DNA from: Clostridia bacterium
GTDB lineage: Bacteria > Bacillota > Clostridia > Christensenellales > CAG-917
NCBI GenBank assembly: GCA_028710495.1
Contig: JAQUST010000002.1
Span: forward strand, 33,577 to 97,576
Length of the DNA stretch: 64,000 nucleotides
Reading direction: 5' to 3'
Shown here in pieces: positions 58,878 to 64,000 of the stretch. Position numbers and translations under genes: made by a program. The first letter of the stretch is position 1. Each line of letters starts with the position of its first letter. Under the pieces are notes generated by a model that had not been told where the DNA came from, did not search any database, and saw only the letters and a program-made list of their open reading frames with translations.

Positions 58878-59240
58878 TGGTGGAGATGAGGGGATTTGAA
58901 CCCCTGTCCAACAGACCTTAAATGGCAGTTTCTACATGTTTAGCAACTGTTTGTTGTTCTCTCCTTTTGGCACATTTGCAAGCCTCCATTTGAAAAGTTC
59001 GTAATGACAACGAAGCTACCGAACGCTCACTTCGCGTTGTCTGTTTTTATGATACCGATTGCTGAGGGAACAGAAAACCTCAGGTCAGCACGCAGTTTCT
59101 AGTTAAGCTGCAAAAGCGAGATTCTGTTGGAATCCCATTTCACGATTGTTCGCGTTTAAAATTTGTTTCCGTTTTTACGCAGACGAGCCAGCGACATGCT
59201 TCTACCACCCTAAACCTATTGTCGAATCCAAAACATCCCC
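58878..59240 (-). ncRNA. ssrA: tmRNA (SsrA)
   Basis: The minus strand starts GGGGAUGUUUUGGAUUCGAC and ends GGACAGGGGUUCAAAUCCCCUCAUCUCCACCA. It is 363 nt long. The internal tag ORF GCG AAC AAU CGU GAA AUG GGA UUC CAA CAG AAU CUC GCU UUU GCA GCU UAA encodes ANNREMGFQQNLAFAA. Confidence 0.92.
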
Positions 59241-59762
59241 TAATCCGCATTTTGCAATTTTTGAAACGAGTCAAAAACAAGACAAAACGGTTCATAGAGA
59301 TATCCTAGTGTGCAATCAGCTTTCGTGTTGTTTATATTATATCATAAAATTTGCAATTGCAAACAGATTTTATTAAGTTTCACAATTACAAGCTAATTTA
59401 TTATACTTTAGCCTGACATCTTGCAATTTTATTATGATTTCCAATAAACAAAACTATTTCTATCTATTTTCAACTTGCAAACATTTGTTCTCATCTATTC
59501 TAAGCTGTTCTTATTATTTAGAAACTTATTTTATTGTATTTTTGAATAATTACATCTATTTTCCTATTTTTTCAATTTATTAACATTGCTTCGTATGTTC
59601 TCTTCTGTTCTTTTTTTGAAATCGAGTAATTATGTTAGAAATTAAAACTAAATTTTGCATTTCTTCCTATTTACGTTTGCATGATTGACATTTGCATATC
59701 ACTAATATAGTATATTGTTAGATAAAACAATTGTTTAAAGATATTTTATTTAGAGGGTAAAA

Positions 59763-60152
59763 ATGAAAAAATGCGAATATTGCGGAGCAACATTAAATGA
59801 TGATGTAACAAAATGCGAATATTGCAATGCTAATCAGCCTATTTTACAAAATGAAGAAAGGTCAAAATTTAATACTCAACCGCAACCGCCACAACAAATA
59901 ATAATAAATAACTACCAGCAAACGCCTCCGCAACAACCTGTTCAGCCTAATTATTATAACGGAAAAAAGCCAAAAAACAAATGGGTTGGTTTTTTGCTTT
60001 GCTTCTTTTTTGGCATATTTGGTGTACATAGGTTTTATGAAGGAAGGATTTTTTCAGGAATACTATTTCTTTTTACTTGCGGATTTATGGGTATTGGGTG
60101 GTTAATCGACACGATTGTTCGATTGTTTAATTCAAATCCATATTATGTATAG
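59763..60152 (+). CDS. TM2 domain membrane protein with N-terminal zinc-ribbon and Q/P-rich linker
   Basis: The CEYCGATLNDDVTKCEYCNA CxxC...CxxC ribbon is followed by a QPQPPQQ linker. The TM2 signature is WVGFLLCFFFGIFGVHRFYEGRIFSGILFLFTCGFMGIGWLIDTI. AGAGGG RBS. Confidence 0.75.
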   Translation: MKKCEYCGATLNDDVTKCEYCNANQPILQNEERSKFNTQPQPPQQIIINNYQQTPPQQPVQPNYYNGKKPKNKWVGFLLCFFFGIFGVHRFYEGRIFSGILFLFTCGFMGIGWLIDTIVRLFNSNPYYV

Positions 60153-60359
60153 AATTAAAGTTTGCAATCTGTCCTGAGAATTTGTGGAATGTCTATTGGA
60201 AAATCTTATGATATATTTGTTTTCACAGCTGACTCGATTACAATTATTAAAGAAAGCAAAAATTTCGAATACATAGATTTAATTGAACTGCTTCCGATAC
60301 ATTTTGCAAAAAATCTACTTTATTCTTGTTTGCGATTTCTCCATTCCTACTCAATTTCC

Positions 60360-60454
60360 GTTTCTCTACTCTATCTCCGTTTCTCTACTCTATCTCCGTT
60401 TCTCTACTCTGTCTATGTTTCTCTACTCTGTCTATGTTTCTCTACTCTGTCTAT
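60360..60454. repeat. Five head-to-tail 19-bp tandem repeats (2x GTTTCTCTACTCTATCTCC, 3x GTTTCTCTACTCTGTCTAT)
   Basis: The exact 19-bp period was read directly. A partial degenerate unit lies upstream (ctactcaatttcc). The array ends 27 bp before the -35 of the TPP-riboswitch promoter. Confidence 0.9.
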
Positions 60455-60481
60455 GTTATCACTTTTTTTATATCATATTTC

Positions 60482-60510
60482 TTGACAGCTTCGATTTAGC
60501 GTGCTAGACT
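60482..60510 (+). promoter_or_regulatory. Putative sigma-A promoter of the TPP riboswitch-thiT transcript
   Basis: TTGACA, a 17-nt spacer, then TAGACT. Confidence 0.5.
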
Positions 60511-60514
60511 GTGC

Positions 60515-60612
60515 TCAATTAAATATTTGTTAGGGGTGGCAGTGAAACTGCCTGAGATTACACCCTTTGAACTTGATTGAGTTAGTACTCACGAAAGGAA
60601 ATTTGTGCAAAT
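60515..60612 (+). promoter_or_regulatory. TPP (THI-box) riboswitch
   Basis: UAGGGGUGGCAGUGAAACUGCCUGAGAUUACACCCUUUGAACUUGAUUGAGUUAGUACUCACGAAAGGAA carries the conserved GGGGUG, CUGAGA, ACCCUUUGAAC-UGAU and CGAAAGGAA blocks. A thiamine transporter gene lies downstream. Confidence 0.88.
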
Positions 60613-60615
60613 TGC

Positions 60616-60648
60616 GCGCCCATAAGATAATCTTGTGGGTGCTTTTTT
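60616..60648 (+). terminator. Riboswitch-controlled intrinsic terminator
   Basis: An 11-bp stem GCGCCCAUAAG / CUUGUGGGUGC (two G-U pairs) with loop AUAAU, followed by UUUUUU, 38 nt before the thiT-like ATG. Confidence 0.65.
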
Positions 60649-60686
60649 ATTGCGCAGGGCTATTCTCGCTAGCATAAGGAGTTCTT

Positions 60687-61835
60687 ATGACTTATTTCAA
60701 CGAACTGTCATTGTTTGACAGGTCATCAACAATCGCACTTTACCTCACGATTGCAATTTTCTTGCTTATCGGTATTGTGTATCTATTGGTCAAAAAAACC
60801 AAGCCCGAAATGTTGAAAACAACAAAAAATGTTTCAGTCGGTTTTTTGCTTGGATATGCAATCGGATTGCTTTCGATATTGTTCTATTTGAAGCTTGATG
60901 AATATCTAAGCGCGGGCTATATTGACACAGCAACTTTCTATCCTATTATTGCACTTCTTGCAACTGCAATTATCTTGACCGTCGGCGCGCTTTTTATATC
61001 GATATTCAAGAAATCCGCATTCAAACTTTATTCGAAAATCTCACTTGCTGTTGTGGGCATATTTGCACTTGTGCTTTTTATTCTGAATATGGTCGACACC
61101 TACCAACTCGGTGCAATGGACACCACAAGTGAAACATTGCTCTATATTTTTACTTTTGCGATTGTGGCAGTCATTGCATCGCTATCACTTGTTTTTGGCA
61201 AAAAAACCGAACAAGCAGACCACACGAAATCTATTGTTTATGCAGCGGTTTGCATTGCAACCAGTTTTTCGCTCTCCTACATACGTTTTTTTGAGCTACC
61301 ACTGGGAGGTTCAATCACATTTGCAAGTCTAGTTCCATTGATGATTTACTCTTATATGTTCGGCATGCGCAAAGGCGTGCTTGCAGGGGCAATTTACGGC
61401 TTATTGCAATTCATTCAAGCTCCTTGGATTATTCACCCTGTGCAATTTTTGCTTGACTATCCAATCGCATTTGCAGCAATCGGATTGACAGCTATTTTCA
61501 AAGAAACTGGCATTCTAAAAAACAAAGCGGTTTTGCAATTTGCGTTTGGCTCAATCATTGCTGTTCTCATTCGCTACTTTTCGCACGTTGTCAGTGGTAT
61601 CTTCATTTGGGGTTCAGGCGACCCCGAAAATTACAACGCAGTAGCTTGGTCATTCCTCTACAACAGCTTTACGCTTGCCGACCTTGCTATAGCGCTTGTT
61701 GCAGGTTGCATGCTGTTTTCATCGCGAGCCTTTGTCCGACAACTCAATGTTCACACTCTGCCAAAAAATATTGTTGCACAAGCTAATGATAAAAACAATG
61801 TTTCTTCCAACGTACATGATGATAACGATTTTTAG
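60687..61835 (+). CDS. thiT: ThiT-like ECF thiamine S-component with a ~170-aa, ~5-TM N-terminal extension
   Basis: The C-terminal ~190 aa align by eye with L. lactis ThiT (FLLDYPIAFAAIGLTAIF, IRYFSHVVSGIFIWG, AWSFLYNSF). A TPP riboswitch lies upstream. Total length is 382 aa, against about 180-200 aa for ThiT. Confidence 0.65.
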   Translation: MTYFNELSLFDRSSTIALYLTIAIFLLIGIVYLLVKKTKPEMLKTTKNVSVGFLLGYAIGLLSILFYLKLDEYLSAGYIDTATFYPIIALLATAIILTVGALFISIFKKSAFKLYSKISLAVVGIFALVLFILNMVDTYQLGAMDTTSETLLYIFTFAIVAVIASLSLVFGKKTEQADHTKSIVYAAVCIATSFSLSYIRFFELPLGGSITFASLVPLMIYSYMFGMRKGVLAGAIYGLLQFIQAPWIIHPVQFLLDYPIAFAAIGLTAIFKETGILKNKAVLQFAFGSIIAVLIRYFSHVVSGIFIWGSGDPENYNAVAWSFLYNSFTLADLAIALVAGCMLFSSRAFVRQLNVHTLPKNIVAQANDKNNVSSNVHDDNDF

Positions 61836-62070
61836 AAAACAAAAGCTTTAGAAAATTATAATTAAAACTCAAAGAAATCATTTGAGTTTTAGAATGAGTA
61901 GAATTTATGATTTGATAAAAAGCAAACGGATTATAGGTCAATTTGTGTTTTGATGAAAAAAGCAAACTTTTATAGGTAAAATTTGATTTTGTTGAAAAGT
62001 GAACGGAATAAAAAGAAATAAATAATTATGGAAGTAAATTAATTTCAGAAAATGTAATCAGTTTTTCATA

Positions 62071-62152
62071 GCAAATCTGTTTTGAAAAAGCAAATCTGTT
62101 TTGGAAAAGGAAATATAAATTTTGAAAACAAAGCAGTTTTGAAAATGAAAAT
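62071..62152. repeat. Four degenerate ~20-bp tandem repeats (GCAAATCTGTTTTGAAAAA type)
   Basis: Units start at 62071, 62090, 62110 and 62131. About three related ~38-bp units precede them, from about 61908. The arrays lie in the convergent thiT/TPK spacer. Confidence 0.55.
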
Positions 62153-62161
62153 ACATTATGC

Positions 62162-62773
62162 TTATTTATGATAATGAAAAACTATTGCCTCTCCAACTGA
62201 GAAGTTCAAAGTTATGCTGTTGCTTGTAGCAAGATTTGAAATTCCTCGAGATTGATATGGCTCAATGCATAAATTTTCCAACGGATAATGTAGATTCACT
62301 GAATGTTCAACAACAATAGTCCCACCAAACGGCACAACAGAAATTGTGTCGTTTTTGTTTGTTGCAAGATTGAATTCACCCTTTGCGAAATAGATATCAA
62401 GTCCTTTTTCACGTGCTACAGCTTTTGCGCCCAGTTTGTCGGCATATGCAAGCAATGCAAAATTTCCTAATATGTGGTCTGTCCTACCACCCAAAACTCC
62501 ATAAAGGTTAAGGTTTTTATAGCCTTTCTTCACGGCATATTCAATGCATATTTCGCCGTCAGTTTCGTTTTTTTCAATAGGGAATTTTACAAACTCTACA
62601 TCTTTTGGAATTATGTCAAGACTGTCACCATCACCCAAAATAATATCAGGTTTTCTTGATTTCAAAATATTTGCTCCACCATCAGCGCATATTACAAAAG
62701 TATCATTGATATCAACTTCAATGCTCTCGCCATTCAAAACTATTGCACAGCTTTTGCCTGATTTATCACTCAT
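62162..62773 (-). CDS. thiN: Thiamine pyrophosphokinase
   Basis: ADGGAN, LGDGDSL, KNETDGE and GGRTDH motifs, followed by a C-terminal thiamine-binding beta domain. Confidence 0.85.
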   Translation of the reverse strand: MSDKSGKSCAIVLNGESIEVDINDTFVICADGGANILKSRKPDIILGDGDSLDIIPKDVEFVKFPIEKNETDGEICIEYAVKKGYKNLNLYGVLGGRTDHILGNFALLAYADKLGAKAVAREKGLDIYFAKGEFNLATNKNDTISVVPFGGTIVVEHSVNLHYPLENLCIEPYQSRGISNLATSNSITLNFSVGEAIVFHYHK

Positions 62774-62846
62774 TATTCTCTTTTCATTTTATAATCTTGA
62801 AATCCATATTTACAATCATCGTGCGACGGAAAGCATTATTATGATT

Positions 62847-63563
62847 TTATTTTCGTATCAAATCGTTAATCAAGTCGCGTACAACTTCGCTTGCGATAAG
62901 CAAGCCTGCACTACCCGGGACAAAAGATATGCTTGCGGGAATATGTCTGCCGTGTTCCTCAAGTTGCACAGTAGGTGTTAGTGGGACTTCATCAGACCAC
63001 AATACCTTCAAGCTATCAATTCCCAATTCCTTGAGTTCTTTGCGCATAACTCTGGCAAGTGGACAAACTGAAGTTTTTTTGATATCCGAAATAATAAATT
63101 GCGTATTCAATTTGTTTCCGGTTCCCATTGAAGAAATAATTTTGATGTTTTTTTGTTTTGCCAAAATCACCAGCATAAGCTTTGATGTCACAGTGTCTAT
63201 TGCATCAACAATATAGTCATAGCCATCAAGGGAAACAAGGTCTTTGGTTTGGCTTGAGTAAAAGATATCATAAGTTGTTATGTCCAAATTTGGATTTATA
63301 TCAAGCAGTCTTTCGCTTGCAACCTCCACCTTTTTTCTGCCTATTGTAGAATGAAGTGCAATAAGCTGCCGATTCAAGTTTGTCTCACTCACTGTATCGC
63401 TGTCAACGATTGAAATATGCCCAATACCAGCACGGACAAGCGCCTCAACAACAAACGAACCTACTCCACCAACGCCAAAAACTGCAACCTTGCTTGCTTG
63501 CAGTTTGTTTATCGCATCGTTTCCGAGCAAAAGTTTTGTGCGTTCAAATATTTTTTCATTCAT
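62847..63563 (-). CDS. tcdA: tRNA threonylcarbamoyladenosine dehydratase (TcdA/CsdL, ThiF family)
   Basis: VAVFGVGGVGSFVVEALVRAGIGHISIVDSDTVSETNLNRQ and DAIDTV motifs. 238 aa, the typical TcdA length. Confidence 0.8.
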   Translation of the reverse strand: MNEKIFERTKLLLGNDAINKLQASKVAVFGVGGVGSFVVEALVRAGIGHISIVDSDTVSETNLNRQLIALHSTIGRKKVEVASERLLDINPNLDITTYDIFYSSQTKDLVSLDGYDYIVDAIDTVTSKLMLVILAKQKNIKIISSMGTGNKLNTQFIISDIKKTSVCPLARVMRKELKELGIDSLKVLWSDEVPLTPTVQLEEHGRHIPASISFVPGSAGLLIASEVVRDLINDLIRK

Positions 63564-63776
63564 ACTGTTTTTGATTTTATATTTTGATCCTATTTTTTTA
63601 AGTATGATTTTCTGTTTAATTCCAGTTTAATTATGATCATAGTAACTAAGCATCAGATAATTTATCAGTAATGATAAATAGTTTCAATCATGCCTTCAAA
63701 TTAACAATTTCATATGTTTTGAGCTTCGAATTAATTATTGCGTAGAATAAAGAATTCAAAGTATACTTTTTGTTTA

Positions 63777-64000
63777 TTATTCCGTTTGAATTTTTTCTTT
63801 CTTCAAGAGTTGCGCCTGCTTCTCAAAGTATACTTTAGGAATACCGCTTTCGATTGTTGGCGGAGCTTCCTTTGTTATGCTTGAGCCCAAAATGTTTGCA
63901 TATTTTTCAGGATAAAACTTGAAGTACGAAACGCCCTTTTCCTCACGCTGAGAAATAAACTTTTTGCTATTGCACCAAACCATTGATGGCATACCTATCA
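63777..64000 (-). CDS. C-terminal part of an unidentified protein (5' end outside window)
   Basis: The frame stays open to the window edge upstream of the Met at 63992. No motif was recognised in ...SMVWCNSKKFISQREEKGVSYFKFYPEKYANILG... Confidence 0.35.
   Translation of the reverse strand, partial: IGMPSMVWCNSKKFISQREEKGVSYFKFYPEKYANILGSSITKEAPPTIESGIPKVYFEKQAQLLKKEKIQTE

Noticed and set aside
59146-59376. A 76-aa plus-strand ORF overlaps the 5' part of ssrA.
   Set aside because: It lies antisense to a confidently identified tmRNA gene and its promoter region.
56400-59760. The AT-rich ssrA-flanking region could be an intact prophage or a defence island.
   Set aside because: There are no structural, replication or recognisable defence genes. 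Only ~2.3 kb lies between the outermost att-like copies, and the recombinase is truncated and frameshifted. It is a remnant, not an active element.
60360-60454. The 19-bp array could be a CRISPR array.
   Set aside because: The units are directly abutting with no unique spacers, the repeat is too short, and no cas genes or leader are present.
60162-60507. Two overlapping ORFs (107 and 74 aa) span the 19-bp tandem repeats.
   Set aside because: Their sequences are just the repeat translated in two frames (SVSLLYLRFSTL... repeated). There is no RBS, and they would run through the thiT promoter.

Overview
This 64-kb chromosomal segment comes from a low-GC, Firmicutes-type anaerobe. It is densely coded and mostly metabolic or housekeeping; no CRISPR array, rRNA or tRNA gene was seen. 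In order, the window holds: (1) the tail of an HTH/cupin regulator and an atypical potABCD polyamine ABC operon. (2) A minus-strand folC-folE-folP-folBK folate operon behind a THF riboswitch. (3) A CDF metal exporter, divergent from a translationally coupled pair of unknown membrane proteins. (4) An ~11-kb ABC-transporter-dependent glycopolymer locus likely containing galactofuranose: priming phosphotransferase, two DUF4422 proteins (one fused to GT8), glf, a dual-GT2 protein, an ABC-2 exporter and ugd. (5) A GH2-MFS pair, yfcE, folA-thyA, uvrBA and an acyl-CoA synthetase. (6) A ~9-kb minus-strand tungsten/molybdopterin operon: aor-moaD-thiF-mog-moeA-moeA::PBP-moaA-moaC-MOSC. It is divergent from a compact Moco/Tuco-type riboswitch that controls tupABC. 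(7) An HtrA-like protease with collagen/tail-fibre-like N-terminal repeats, a GNAT, and an XRE-HTH::citrate synthase fusion. (8) A tmRNA gene whose 3' side carries a stack of decayed integrative-element remnants. These comprise four terminator-plus-ssrA-3'-end modules, an integrase pseudogene, an XRE pseudogene and one intact orphan ORF. (9) A TM2/zinc-ribbon protein, and a TPP riboswitch driving an N-terminally extended ThiT, followed by thiamine pyrophosphokinase and tcdA. Short degenerate tandem-repeat arrays (19-38 bp period) recur in intergenic leaders and spacers across the window. All family assignments come from reading motifs in the translated ORFs and the RNA primary sequence. No database search was run.
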